A stretch of DNA of 64,000 nt from an uncultured Planctomycetales bacterium (lineage in GTDB: Bacteria; Omnitrophota; Gorgyraeia; Gygaellales; Profunditerraquicolaceae): contig CAZJFL010000008.1 in the NCBI GenBank assembly GCA_964545575.1, positions 18,171 through 82,170 on the forward strand, read 5' to 3'. A model generated the notes under the pieces. The model was not told the origin of the DNA and did no database searches. It was given only the letters and a program-made list of their open reading frames with translations. The position numbers and the translations under genes are program-made. This document shows, piece after piece, positions 37,743 to 47,720 of the stretch. Numbering within the stretch: position 1 is the first letter of the stretch; every line of letters begins with the position of its first letter.

Positions 37743-38672
37743 ATGGATGCCATTAAAAAGATAAGAGAGAAGGCCAGGAGCAAGCTTAAAACAATCGTGC
37801 TTCCGGAATACGATGAGAAACGCACGCAAGAAGCGGCCAAGATTATAGAGGAGGAGGGAATTGCCAAAGTCGTGCTGCTTAGCCCGGATAAAATCAGCGC
37901 GCAGGATAGAACAAGGTATTTCGATGAGTTCTGCCAGATGCACAAGGCTAAAGATTTAGATATCGAGGTGGTAAAGAAACTTTTCCAGGATTCTCTTTAT
38001 CCGGCAGCGATGATGACCCGGGAAGGCAGGTTTGACGGTTTGGTGGCCGGCGCCAGCCACACCACCCCGGATATGGCCCGGGCTGCCATCCGCTGTTTGG
38101 GGATAGACCAACGTATTACTATTGTCTCCAGCGCCTTTATCATGAAAGTCCCGGATTGCCCTTATGGCGAAGAGGGTGCTTTTATCTTTGCCGATTGCGG
38201 CATCATCCCTGAGCCGACTTCGCGGCAGCTTGCCTGTATATCTTTAGCGGCGTCGGAATTAGCGGCTAAGGTTCTGGATATTACTCCGCGTATTGCGCTG
38301 CTCAGTTATTCTACCAAAGGTTCGGCTAAAGGCAGGGGAGTAGATAAGGTCAAAGAGGCGGTAAAGCAGCTGGCGGAATTAGCGCCCCATCTTTTGGCTG
38401 ACGGAGAAATACAGGTAGATGCGGCGATAGTCCCGGAAGTGACTAAAATAAAATACCCGGACAGCCCTATCGGCGGAAGGGCAAACGTGTTGATTTTTCC
38501 TAATCTGGAATCCGGTAATATCGCCTATAAACTGGTAGAGCGCCTCGGTAAATCGCGCGCCATAGGGCCGCTTTTGATGGGTTTAAACAAGCCCGCCAGC
38601 GATCTTTCCCGCGGGTGTTCTAGAGAGGATATCGTGGATTGCGTAGCGGTTACTGCGATCAGGGCACAATAA
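37743..38672 (+). CDS. pta: Phosphate acetyltransferase catalytic (PTA_PTB) domain
   Basis: KTIVLPEYDEKRTQEAAKII...LVAGASHTT...SGNIAYKL catalytic-domain motifs. Confidence 0.85.
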   Translation: MDAIKKIREKARSKLKTIVLPEYDEKRTQEAAKIIEEEGIAKVVLLSPDKISAQDRTRYFDEFCQMHKAKDLDIEVVKKLFQDSLYPAAMMTREGRFDGLVAGASHTTPDMARAAIRCLGIDQRITIVSSAFIMKVPDCPYGEEGAFIFADCGIIPEPTSRQLACISLAASELAAKVLDITPRIALLSYSTKGSAKGRGVDKVKEAVKQLAELAPHLLADGEIQVDAAIVPEVTKIKYPDSPIGGRANVLIFPNLESGNIAYKLVERLGKSRAIGPLLMGLNKPASDLSRGCSREDIVDCVAVTAIRAQ

Positions 38673-38674
38673 AT

Positions 38675-39739
38675 ATGAGGGTACTAGTAATCAACAGCGG
38701 TAGTTCTTCCATAAAATATAAACTCTTCGCTATGCCGCGCGCGCGCCTTATCTCTGGCGGCATGATCGAACACATCGGAGAAAAAGGTTCACGCATACAG
38801 GACCACTATGCCGGCTTAAAAATAATTTTAAATAAAGCCGATCATATTTCGCTCGTCGGCCACCGGGTGGTGCACGGGGCCGAGGCCTTCCAGATGCCGG
38901 TGGTAATTAATAATTCCGTAATCAAAAAAATCAGGCAATGCGCCGCACTAGCGCCCCTGCATAACCCGGCAAATTTAGCCGGAATCCTGGCCTGTAAAAA
39001 ATTATTGCCCGGAATAAAACAGGTGGCGGTATTTGATACGGCCTTTCACCAGACGCTTCCGGACTACGCCTATATCTACGGCCTGCCTTACGCCTATTAT
39101 AAAAAGTTCGGGATCAGAAAATACGGTTTCCACGGCACCAGCCACGAATATGTCGCGCATGAAGCAGCGCGCAGGCTAAAGAGGCCGCTAGATAAATTAA
39201 AAATCATCACCTGCCATTTGGGTAACGGCTGTAGTATTACCGCGGTAAATAAAGGAAAGTCCCGGGATACCAGCATGGGGTTTACTCCTTTAGAAGGTTT
39301 GATTATGGGTACACGCTCGGGAGACATTGACCCGGCGCTGGTTACTTATCTTATGCGTAAGACCAAAGCCGATGCCGACGGCATCGATAATATATTAAAT
39401 AAGACAAGCGGCCTGAAAGGAATATCCGGAATAAGCAATGATATGCGGATGCTGGAAAGCAAGGCAAAATCCGGGAATAAACGCGCCGGATTAACCATAG
39501 AGATGTTCTGTTACCGGATCAAAAAATACATCGGAGCCTATACGGCGGCCATGGCCGGATGCGACGCCTTAGTTTTTACCGCAGGTATCGGAGAGCACCA
39601 GCCGGATATCCGGCGCAGGATTTGTCAGGGCGCATTTTCACACTTAAAACGGAAGCCTAAAGTTTTGGTTATCCCTACGGATGAGGAGCTGATGATTGCG
39701 CGCCAGACATACGCATTGATTAAAAATAAAAAAACCTAA
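38675..39739 (+). CDS. ackA: Acetate kinase
   Basis: MRVLVINSGSSSIKYKLF N-terminus and the VHGG, DTAFHQT, GFHGTSH motifs. Starts 2 nt after the pta stop. Confidence 0.85.
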   Translation: MRVLVINSGSSSIKYKLFAMPRARLISGGMIEHIGEKGSRIQDHYAGLKIILNKADHISLVGHRVVHGAEAFQMPVVINNSVIKKIRQCAALAPLHNPANLAGILACKKLLPGIKQVAVFDTAFHQTLPDYAYIYGLPYAYYKKFGIRKYGFHGTSHEYVAHEAARRLKRPLDKLKIITCHLGNGCSITAVNKGKSRDTSMGFTPLEGLIMGTRSGDIDPALVTYLMRKTKADADGIDNILNKTSGLKGISGISNDMRMLESKAKSGNKRAGLTIEMFCYRIKKYIGAYTAAMAGCDALVFTAGIGEHQPDIRRRICQGAFSHLKRKPKVLVIPTDEELMIARQTYALIKNKKT

Positions 39740-39758
39740 AAATATTGAAGGAGAAGAA

Positions 39759-40109
39759 ATGTTACGGACAATCCTGAAATCCAAGATACACCGCGCCCGC
39801 ATCACCGAAGCCAATCTCTATTATGAGGGCAGCATCACTATCGATGCTCAGCTGATGGAAGCGGCGGATATAGCAGAACACGAAAAGGTGGAAGTGCTTA
39901 ATCTGAATAACGGCCAGCGCCTGGAGACCTATGCCATAAAGGGTAAGTTTGGCACAGGCATCATTTGTCTGAACGGCCCGGCTGCGCGCGGTGCCTGCGT
40001 CGGAGATGAGGTGGTAATTGTTTCTTATGCCTTAGCTGAAGACAAAGAAGCACTTGGTATAAAACCAAAGATCGTAAAGGTTAATGAAAGAAACCAGTTT
40101 AAGAATTAG
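39759..40109 (+). CDS. panD: Aspartate 1-decarboxylase
   Basis: MLRTILKSKIHRARITEANLYYEGSITID includes the Gly-Ser self-cleavage site. Confidence 0.85.
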   Translation: MLRTILKSKIHRARITEANLYYEGSITIDAQLMEAADIAEHEKVEVLNLNNGQRLETYAIKGKFGTGIICLNGPAARGACVGDEVVIVSYALAEDKEALGIKPKIVKVNERNQFKN

Positions 40110-40632
40110 ATTATTCGGTGATCCGGCTTTGCGTAAGAAGGCGTCTTTAGTGAAGCGGGTAACCAGAGGCCACCGCGATATTTTAAGCCGGATGAGCGAA
40201 CTGATGTATGCGGCTTCAGGGATAGGGCTGGCTGCGGTGCAGGTAGGAATCAACGAGGCGATGATCGTGGCAGATATCGGTTCCGGGCTTTATCAGCTGG
40301 TAAATCCGAAGATCTTGAAAAAAGAAGGCGCCCAGCTGAATCAGGAAGGGTGCCTGAGTATTCCCGGCGTCTGCGTCCGGGTTAAACGCGCCAATAATAT
40401 TTTGGTCGAAGCCGAAGGCCCCGAGGGGAGAAAAATCATCTTTGAGGCCGAAGGCTTGCTTGCCTGTGTCTTGCAGCATGAAATAGAACACTTAAAAGGC
40501 AAACTCATTGTCGATTATGCTTCGTTTCTGGAGAAACTGAAGTTAAGGAGTAAGTTAGAAGAGATAAAGCAAAGGCTTAAAGATGAAGAGTTGTCCGAAT
40601 CAAAAGACAAATCTTGCCAGCTGCAACTGTAG
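40084..40632 (+). CDS. def: Peptide deformylase
   Basis: [18 protein letters not shown] and QHEIEHLKG metal-site motifs. Has a short K/E-rich C-terminal tail. Confidence 0.85.
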   Translation: MKETSLRIRLFGDPALRKKASLVKRVTRGHRDILSRMSELMYAASGIGLAAVQVGINEAMIVADIGSGLYQLVNPKILKKEGAQLNQEGCLSIPGVCVRVKRANNILVEAEGPEGRKIIFEAEGLLACVLQHEIEHLKGKLIVDYASFLEKLKLRSKLEEIKQRLKDEELSESKDKSCQLQL

Positions 40633-40780
40633 CTATGAGCCCTGTTCCAGGAAAGGTATATGCTGCGCATGCATACTTTACCATCGTAAAAGCGGTGAGG
40701 TTCCTGCTTGCTTTTTTCCTGCCGAAATAGAGAAAACTTACGACCGCTCGATAGCCAATTTTATCCGTACGCAAAAATGA
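40583..40780 (+). CDS. Cys-rich small protein (10 Cys in 65 aa), translationally coupled to lipA
   Basis: [27 protein letters not shown]...PAC. Its stop overlaps the lipA ATG (ATGA). Its 5' end overlaps the def 3' end in another frame. Confidence 0.35.
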   Translation: MKSCPNQKTNLASCNCSYEPCSRKGICCACILYHRKSGEVPACFFPAEIEKTYDRSIANFIRTQK

Positions 40781-41646
40781 TAAACAGGTTGCCGGTATGG
40801 TTTAAACAGGAGATTATCGACGAGAGAGTAGTTAAAGGGACGGAGTTTCTTTTGGCATCCGGTATCAATACGGTTTGCAAACAGGCAAGATGCCCGAATA
40901 TGAACCGTTGCCTTAAAGATAAACAGGTTACTTTCATGATTTTAGGCGTTACCTGCACGCGTAACTGCCGGTTCTGCGCCGTAGATAAGGCGCAAGATAC
41001 ATACATGCCTTTAGACCGGCAAGAGCCGTACCGCGTTGCCGGGGCAGTAAAGAAGCTTGCGCTTAAATACGCGGTGATTACTTCGGTAACCCGCGATGAT
41101 TTAGCAGACGGCGGAGCGGAAATTTTTGCTAAAACCATGGAGTTAATCCGCCAGCTTAACAAAGATATCGGCATCGAGGTTTTGATACCGGATTTCTGCG
41201 GCAACTTAAACAGCTTAAGTCAAATATTAGCGGCCGGGCCAAACGTATTGGCCCATAATATGGAGACCATAGAGCGCTTATATCCGGTTTTAAGGCCGCA
41301 GGCAGATTATCGCCGGTCATTAGGCTTACTCTATAAAGCAAAAACAATGCGTCCGGATTTGCTGACTAAAACTTCCCTGATGCTGGGTTTAGGCGAGAAG
41401 GAAGAAGAGGTTATCGATACGCTCCGGCAGATAAGGTCTAGCTTGGTCGATATCGTGACCTTAGGCCAATACCTGGCTCCTTCTTCTCTGCATTATCCGC
41501 TAAAAGAGTTCGTTACTTTAGAGCAGTTTGAGAGGTATCGTAAGATCGGGCTTGATCTGGGATTTAAGGCAGTAGCCTCAGGCCCCCTGGTGAGAAGTTC
41601 TTATCAGGCAGAAAAAACCTATAAGGAATCGCTATGTATGACCTAA
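40777..41646 (+). CDS. lipA: Lipoyl synthase
   Basis: N-terminal auxiliary-cluster Cys motif ([12 protein letters not shown]) and radical [11 protein letters not shown]. The ORF track start at 40708 is in frame, but [11 protein letters not shown] aligns with LipA N-termini. Confidence 0.85.
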   Translation: MINRLPVWFKQEIIDERVVKGTEFLLASGINTVCKQARCPNMNRCLKDKQVTFMILGVTCTRNCRFCAVDKAQDTYMPLDRQEPYRVAGAVKKLALKYAVITSVTRDDLADGGAEIFAKTMELIRQLNKDIGIEVLIPDFCGNLNSLSQILAAGPNVLAHNMETIERLYPVLRPQADYRRSLGLLYKAKTMRPDLLTKTSLMLGLGEKEEEVIDTLRQIRSSLVDIVTLGQYLAPSSLHYPLKEFVTLEQFERYRKIGLDLGFKAVASGPLVRSSYQAEKTYKESLCMT

Positions 41647-42545
41647 TCATTATCGGCGCCGGGCCAGCCGGCCTTACCGCCGGGCTTTATGCCGGAAGAT
41701 TCAGGTTAGAGACGCTGATTTTAGAAAAGATGAGCGTCGGCGGACAGATTATTACCTCTCCTGATATCGAAAACTTTCCCGGTTTTCCCGGGGGGATAGC
41801 TACCGCCGAGCTGATCGAGAAACTTAAGCAGCAGGTTGATGATTTAGGCGTTAAGATCGAGTTGGACGAAGCTAGAGACATAATCACGGATAAAAATAAT
41901 TATTTCGTAAAAACCGGCAATAATTCTTATGAGACTAGAACAATCATCGTTGCCAGCGGTGCGCAACCGAAAAGATTAGGGGTGTTAGGTGAAGAGAGGT
42001 TAACCGGGCGCGGCGTTTCTTATTGCGGCACCTGCGATGCCCCGTTATTTAAAGATAAAGAAGTTGTAGTCATCGGCGCAGGTGATAGGGCAATAGAAGA
42101 GGCACTGTTTCTTACGCGTTACGCCGGAAAGGTAACTATTATACATCGCCGCAATGCCCTGCGCGCCTCCAGGATTTTAGAGGAAAAAGCCAGGCAAAAC
42201 CCGAAGATTAATTTTATTTTAGAAAGCACGGTAGAGGAGATCGTCGGCGATAAAAAGGTAGAAAAGATCAAGATTAAAAATGTAAACAACGCAGCTTCCA
42301 GTATGTTAGCTTGTGAGGGGGTATTCGTCTTTGTCGGGATTAAGCCCAATACCGATTTTTTAAAGAATATCTTGCATCTTGATGCATCCGGTTTTATAAT
42401 TACTGACCAGGAATTAGCTACTTCCAGCAAAGGGATCTTTGCCTGCGGCGATTGCCTGAAAAAAAGTTTATATCAGGTGGTGAATGCCTGCGCAGAGGGA
42501 GCGCTGGCTGCGCACTCAGCCAATATTTACCTCTTAGAGCAATGA
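41634..42545 (+). CDS. trxB: Thioredoxin-disulfide reductase
   Basis: [18 protein letters not shown] site, redox-active CGTCD, and NADPH site VVIGAGDRAIEEA. Confidence 0.85.
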   Translation: MYDLIIIGAGPAGLTAGLYAGRFRLETLILEKMSVGGQIITSPDIENFPGFPGGIATAELIEKLKQQVDDLGVKIELDEARDIITDKNNYFVKTGNNSYETRTIIVASGAQPKRLGVLGEERLTGRGVSYCGTCDAPLFKDKEVVVIGAGDRAIEEALFLTRYAGKVTIIHRRNALRASRILEEKARQNPKINFILESTVEEIVGDKKVEKIKIKNVNNAASSMLACEGVFVFVGIKPNTDFLKNILHLDASGFIITDQELATSSKGIFACGDCLKKSLYQVVNACAEGALAAHSANIYLLEQ

Positions 42546-44335
42546 ATAAATTTCCTACACACAATAAAGAATTAAAAGACTGGGTTAATAAGATAAGCCG
42601 GCTCTGCCAGCCCGACAATATCGTATGGATCGACGGCTCTAAAGACCAGAAAGAGGCTTTGGAAAAAGAAGCCTTGGAGTCGGGAGAACTTGTTCCTTTA
42701 AAACAGGATAAACTTCCGGGTTGTTTTTTACACCGTACCGCTATCGATGACGTTGCCCGCACCGAACACCTTACCTTTATCTGCACTAAGAAAAAGCGTG
42801 ATGCCGGACCGACAAATAACTGGATGCCTCCGGCTGTAGCTTACCGTAAGGCTAAAGCCATCTTTAAGGGCGCGATGCGCGGCAGAACCATGTATGTCAT
42901 GCCTTTTTCCATGGGGCCGGTCGGCTCGCATTTTAGCAAGATCGGCGTGGAATTGACAGATTCCCGCTATGTAGTTTTGAATATGCTGATTATGACCCGG
43001 GTAGGCGAAGCAGTATTAAAGCAACTGGAAAAAGAAGAGACATTTACCAAGTGCCTGCATTCCAAGGCGGAATTAGATATAAATAAGAGATTGATTTTAC
43101 ATTTTCCGGAAGATAACACCATCTGGAGCGTGGGTTCTGGTTACGGCGGAAACGTTTTATTAGGGAAAAAATGCCTATCCTTGCGCATCGCCAGTTTTAT
43201 CGCCCGTAAAGAACACTGGCTGGCAGAGCACATGCTGATTATGGGTATCGAAGAGCCTAACGGCCACATTGAATATATTGCCGCGGCATTTCCCAGCGCC
43301 TGCGGCAAAACTAACCTGGCGATGTTAGTCCCTCCGGAGGGCTTAAAGGTAAAAGGTTACCGGATCTGGACGGTAGGCGATGATATCGCCTGGATGCGCG
43401 TGGATTCAGACGGTTCTCTTTGGGCGGTTAATCCGGAGACAGGATTTTTCGGCGTAGCCCCCGGGACAAATTCCAAGACCAACCCTAATATGGTAGAAAC
43501 CATAAGAAAGAATACCATTTTTACTAATGTTTTACTTAAAGAAGACGGGACAGTCTGGTGGGAGGGCGCTGACGGAGGGGTTCCTTCCGGAGGCATTGAC
43601 TGGCAGGGGAGGGCCTGGAAGCCGGGCATGGTGGATAGCGACGGCAAACCGATTTTAGGCGCACATCCGAATAGCCGTTTTACCACTCCCGTAGTTAATT
43701 GCCCTACGGCATCATTCCGCCTTGAGCAGCATCACGGGGTGCCGATTTCGGCAATTGTCTTTGGCGGCCGCCGGCAGCGCTTAGCGCCTCTGGTCTATGA
43801 ATCTTTTAGCTGGCAGCACGGCGTATTTGTAGGGGCGACGATAGCTTCTGAATTGACCGCAGCACAGGTAGGTAAAGTCGGGCAGGTGCGCCGCGACCCC
43901 ATGGCGATGATTCCTTTCTGCGGCTACAATATGGCGGATTATTTCCGCCACTGGCTCCAGATGGGCAGGCGCATGGTCAAACCGCCTAAAATTTTCCATG
44001 TCAATTGGTTTAAGACCGATGAAAGCGGTAAGTTTTTATGGCCGGGATTCAGGGAGAATTTAAGGATTCTGGAATGGATACTGGAACGGGCGAATAATAA
44101 GGTGGGAGCGGTGGAGACGGCACTCGGATATATCCCCCAGCTTCAAGATATAGATATGACCGGGCTGAATATTTCTCCTCTGGTAATGGAGAAGCTTTTC
44201 AGCATCAATAAGAAAGAATGGCTGGAGGAATTAAAAGGGGTTAAGATTTTTTTCAGGCGGTTTAAGAAAGGCCTGCCGGAAGAATTATGGCGGGAATATG
44301 AAGAGTTCCTGCTGCGCCTAAAATCCCATGACTAA
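42542..44335 (+). CDS. pckG: Phosphoenolpyruvate carboxykinase (GTP)
   Basis: Kinase-1a P-loop (FPSACGKTN) and GTP-PEPCK-specific motifs (WMRVD, NWF). ATG overlaps the trxB stop (ATGA). Confidence 0.9.
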   Translation: MNKFPTHNKELKDWVNKISRLCQPDNIVWIDGSKDQKEALEKEALESGELVPLKQDKLPGCFLHRTAIDDVARTEHLTFICTKKKRDAGPTNNWMPPAVAYRKAKAIFKGAMRGRTMYVMPFSMGPVGSHFSKIGVELTDSRYVVLNMLIMTRVGEAVLKQLEKEETFTKCLHSKAELDINKRLILHFPEDNTIWSVGSGYGGNVLLGKKCLSLRIASFIARKEHWLAEHMLIMGIEEPNGHIEYIAAAFPSACGKTNLAMLVPPEGLKVKGYRIWTVGDDIAWMRVDSDGSLWAVNPETGFFGVAPGTNSKTNPNMVETIRKNTIFTNVLLKEDGTVWWEGADGGVPSGGIDWQGRAWKPGMVDSDGKPILGAHPNSRFTTPVVNCPTASFRLEQHHGVPISAIVFGGRRQRLAPLVYESFSWQHGVFVGATIASELTAAQVGKVGQVRRDPMAMIPFCGYNMADYFRHWLQMGRRMVKPPKIFHVNWFKTDESGKFLWPGFRENLRILEWILERANNKVGAVETALGYIPQLQDIDMTGLNISPLVMEKLFSINKKEWLEELKGVKIFFRRFKKGLPEELWREYEEFLLRLKSHD

Positions 44336-45224
44336 AGAAGTTTTATTAGCCTCAGATTTTAAAGAGCTTAAACTCTATAAACGCGGAAAAGTCAGGGATG
44401 TTTATGATTTGGGGGACAAACTGCTGATTGTCTCTACCGACAGGATTTCTTGCTTTGACGTAGTGCTTCCCTCAGGCATTCCTTACAAGGGCGAGGTGCT
44501 TACCGCGCTTTCGCTTTTCTGGTTCGATTTGATCAAAGATATAATCCCTAATCACCTGATTAACGCCGATATTGATCAATACCCTCTGGAACTTAAAAAA
44601 TATAAATCCCAGCTCCTGGGCCGTTCGATGCTGGTAGTGAAGGCTAAATCCCTGCCAATAGAATGCGTGGTCAGGGGTTATCTTTCCGGTTCGGGCTGGA
44701 AGGAATATAAAGAAAAGCAATCGATCTCTGGGATAAAATTGCCGGCCGGCTTAAAAGAGTCGGATAAACTTCCCGAAGATATCTTTACCCCTTCTACCAA
44801 AGCTGATGTCGGCCACGATATGAATGTAGACCAGGGATATGTAGAAGGCCTGATCGGCCAGAATAGCGCGGATAAATTAAAGGAATTAAGCCTGGCGATT
44901 TATAAAAGGGCAAGCGATTACGCTCTTTCGCGCGGCATCATCATCGCCGATACTAAATTTGAGTTCGGCGCGCATAATGATCAGGTCATCCTTATAGACG
45001 AAGCGCTTACCCCGGATTCCTCGCGTTTCTGGCCGAAAGATCAATATCAGCCCGGCAGGCCCCAGCCCAGTTTTGATAAACAGTTTGTCCGGGACTACCT
45101 GGAGAGCCTGGATTGGGATAAAACTCCTCCGGCCCCGCAGTTACCCCCTGAAATTATCGAGAAGACCAGCCTTAAGTATCTGGCGGCTCACAAAAGCTTA
45201 ACCGGCCGAGGACTGAACAGATAA
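44328..45224 (+). CDS. purC: Phosphoribosylaminoimidazole-succinocarboxamide synthase
   Basis: [31 protein letters not shown] synthetase signature. Confidence 0.85.
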   Translation: MTKEVLLASDFKELKLYKRGKVRDVYDLGDKLLIVSTDRISCFDVVLPSGIPYKGEVLTALSLFWFDLIKDIIPNHLINADIDQYPLELKKYKSQLLGRSMLVVKAKSLPIECVVRGYLSGSGWKEYKEKQSISGIKLPAGLKESDKLPEDIFTPSTKADVGHDMNVDQGYVEGLIGQNSADKLKELSLAIYKRASDYALSRGIIIADTKFEFGAHNDQVILIDEALTPDSSRFWPKDQYQPGRPQPSFDKQFVRDYLESLDWDKTPPAPQLPPEIIEKTSLKYLAAHKSLTGRGLNR

Positions 45225-46180
45225 TGAATATTTTTAAAAAAATAATTTCTCTTCTTGTAAGGCTCGGCATCAGTATCGCGCTGCTGGTTTTTTTATTTAA
45301 ACAGGTAGACATAAAATCTTTGCTGGCGGTAATCCGCAATACCGATAAAACGCTTTTGGTAATTGCGTTTTGGGTGAGTTTCTTAAATTATGTTTTAGGA
45401 TTTTTCCGCTGGGGGATGCTGCTCGCCGCTTATAAAGTTGATGCCCCGTTTAAGCGGCTGATGGCTGCATATTCGGGGGGGATATTTTTCAACTCCTTCC
45501 TGCCTTCGACTATCGGGGGGGATTTTGTGCGCACTATTGACCTGGCCAGTTTTTCTAAGAAACCGAGAGAAGTGGCGGCTACGGTGCTTTTAGACAGGTT
45601 AAGCGGTTACATCGCAGTGGTGTTGGTGGCTTCGCTAGCTATTCTTTTTGGCTGGAAAATAATACATACCAGGAGCGTTTTGCTCTCTATGGCAGTTATA
45701 ACCGCCATATTGATTTTTATCCTTCTGGCATTATTTAATCAATTTGCCTATTCTAAAATAAACCGGCTGTTAGGCTCTTTATCTTTAGGCAGGGTTTCGC
45801 GAGGCTTGAAGAACCTGCATCAGGAAATACACGTTTTTAAGCGCGAGAAAAACACTATCTTAGGGAATCTAAGTTTATCTTTGCTGATTCAGGCGGTTAA
45901 CCCTATAGTCTTTTATATCCTGAGCCTGGCGTTAGGGATAAAGATAAATATATTGTACTTTTTTATCTTCCTTCCCATCATCGGGGCAGTTACTTTATTA
46001 CCCGTTTCCATAGGAGGGTTGGGTTTGCGCGAGGCTACGGTGATTTTCTTTTTTGCCCAGGCAGGAGTAAGCAAGGATATTTCTTTAGCCGCAGCGCTGT
46101 TATCTTCTTTTTTCCTCTTTATCTATGCCGGCCTCGGGGGGCTGATTTATGTCTTTACATTACGTTATCGACGGGTATAA
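45224..46180 (+). CDS. Flippase-like membrane protein, UPF0104/TIGR00374 (lysylphosphatidylglycerol synthase TM-region-like)
   Basis: Eight TM helices and the conserved GGDxxR motif (STIGGDFVRTIDL). Confidence 0.6.
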   Translation: MNIFKKIISLLVRLGISIALLVFLFKQVDIKSLLAVIRNTDKTLLVIAFWVSFLNYVLGFFRWGMLLAAYKVDAPFKRLMAAYSGGIFFNSFLPSTIGGDFVRTIDLASFSKKPREVAATVLLDRLSGYIAVVLVASLAILFGWKIIHTRSVLLSMAVITAILIFILLALFNQFAYSKINRLLGSLSLGRVSRGLKNLHQEIHVFKREKNTILGNLSLSLLIQAVNPIVFYILSLALGIKINILYFFIFLPIIGAVTLLPVSIGGLGLREATVIFFFAQAGVSKDISLAAALLSSFFLFIYAGLGGLIYVFTLRYRRV

Positions 46181-46640
46181 TCTGATCAACCACCCGGCGT
46201 TTCTTAGGTCGGTCAGGAAAAATAAAGACCAGAGAGCCGCCCTTGCCTCTCTTATCGTGACCGCCAGGCTCTGCGGCAGCCCTAAAAATAAAATTACCAT
46301 TGTTTTTGACGGTTATCCGCCTGCCTTAGAAACAAATAAAAAGTTTGCGGGCATAGATTCTATATTCTCCAGAGACGACAGCGCCGATGAACGGATCAAG
46401 AAAATAGTAGAGAGGTCGTCCGGCCCTAAAAATATTATCGTCGTCTCCGATGATAAGGAGATCAGGTTTATTGTCAAGTCAATAGGCGCTCATGTCCTGG
46501 GCATAGAGGAGTTTATGCTGCCGCTAGAAGATACGGCGGATAAGGCAGGAGATATCAGGGCATTAAATAAAGACCTTAATTATAGCCAGATCAATAGTAT
46601 AAATCAGGAATTGAAAAAGAAATGGCTGAAGGCACTTTGA
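46149..46640 (+). CDS. YacP-like NYN domain protein (predicted RNase)
   Basis: HYVIDGYNLIN...ITIVFDG...IIVVSDDKEI matches the NYN/PIN-like acidic residues of YacP. Confidence 0.65.
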   Translation: MSLHYVIDGYNLINHPAFLRSVRKNKDQRAALASLIVTARLCGSPKNKITIVFDGYPPALETNKKFAGIDSIFSRDDSADERIKKIVERSSGPKNIIVVSDDKEIRFIVKSIGAHVLGIEEFMLPLEDTADKAGDIRALNKDLNYSQINSINQELKKKWLKAL

Positions 46641-46650
46641 GAAATCAGTT

Positions 46651-46679
46651 GACCGCGCTATTTTTTACCTTTATAATGA
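46651..46679 (+). promoter_or_regulatory. Sigma-70 promoter (TTGACC-17-TATAAT)
   Basis: Consensus hexamers 50 nt upstream of the ORF at 46729. Confidence 0.45.
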
Positions 46680-46728
46680 ATTGAGTTTTAAAAAAGTAGG
46701 CTAAGAGCATAAAACTGGAGGCAGAACA

Positions 46729-46935
46729 ATGATTATCGAGATAGGCATAGTAGCAGGGGATATCTGGCATTTTCTGGATCAGCACGGAGAGGTTACTCTT
46801 TCAGGTTTAATCCGGGGCATAGACAAGAACCGGGACAATGTCCTGATGAGCTTAGGATGGCTGGCCAGGGAAGGGCATGTTATCCTGCAGCAGATAGAAG
46901 GCGATTACAAGGTAAGCTTAAGGAAGAATGTCTAA
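46729..46935 (+). CDS. Small winged-helix protein (DUF2582-like)
   Basis: 68 aa. IWHFLDQHGEVTLSGL...LMSLGWLAREGHV resembles DUF2582 wHTH proteins. Confidence 0.35.
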   Translation: MIIEIGIVAGDIWHFLDQHGEVTLSGLIRGIDKNRDNVLMSLGWLAREGHVILQQIEGDYKVSLRKNV

Positions 46936-47335
46936 CTTAAGGCCCGGTAAAAGAGGGGTAGCGTTATTTATAGTTTTAGGCACGATTTTAGTAGTGGTTA
47001 TCTTAGCTAATATTGTCTTAAATATCATCTTAAGCCAGTCCCGCCTGACCCACCATCAGATCAGCCGCATCCGTGCCTATTACGCCAGCCTCGCCGGCAT
47101 GAACTATGCCCTGGAACAGTTAAGAACCGGGACTTGGGTGTACCACGGAGATTATTGTATAGGTAATATTACTGCCGGCCATTGTTCAGGTTTTCCGCTT
47201 CCGCACGTTGTTAATGATCCGGATATGCCCTATGAGGTAAGGATTCATATTGATGCTCCGGATCCGACTAGGGTGGCTTTTCCCGACGTCGCCCCGCTGA
47301 ATATAACCGTAAATTACACCTCTCCTGCATTGTAA
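46928..47335 (+). CDS. PilX N-terminal domain-like pilus assembly/minor pilin protein
   Basis: RGVALFIVLGTILVVVILANIVLN hydrophobic segment of the PilX_N type. No classical G-FTLIE cleavage motif. Confidence 0.4.
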   Translation: MSNLRPGKRGVALFIVLGTILVVVILANIVLNIILSQSRLTHHQISRIRAYYASLAGMNYALEQLRTGTWVYHGDYCIGNITAGHCSGFPLPHVVNDPDMPYEVRIHIDAPDPTRVAFPDVAPLNITVNYTSPAL

Positions 47336-47528
47336 TTCCTCCTAAAAGATCATAATAATCTAAGTAAGTTCATGTAAGATTTGTATGTCTTAGTATAGGA
47401 CAATTTATGCTAGGAATTTTGCCACAAGTAAGTTTAAGTAAGTATACGTAAAAAAACACTTGACAAAATAAGAATTATATGTTTTAATTAACCCCGCAAT
47501 GATTCCGGTAAAAGAGAGGTAAAAGCAG

Positions 47529-47720
47529 ATGCAAAAACTGATCGACATTGATGAGCTGGCGGATTATCTAAAGCTTAAGAAACAGACCATCTACAACTGG
47601 CTTAACCAGAGGAAGATCACCGGCTTTAAGGTCGGCGGCGTCTGGAGGTTTGACCGTAAAGAGATTGATGCCTGGTTAAACAGCAGAAGGCGCTTAGCTA
47701 AACCCGGAGAAGGCAAATGA
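47529..47720 (+). CDS. Excisionase/MerR-family HTH DNA-binding protein
   Basis: LIDIDELADYLKLKKQTIYNWLNQRKITGFKVGGVWRFDRKEIDAWL matches the HTH_17/Xis-type domain. Confidence 0.6.
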   Translation: MQKLIDIDELADYLKLKKQTIYNWLNQRKITGFKVGGVWRFDRKEIDAWLNSRRRLAKPGEGK

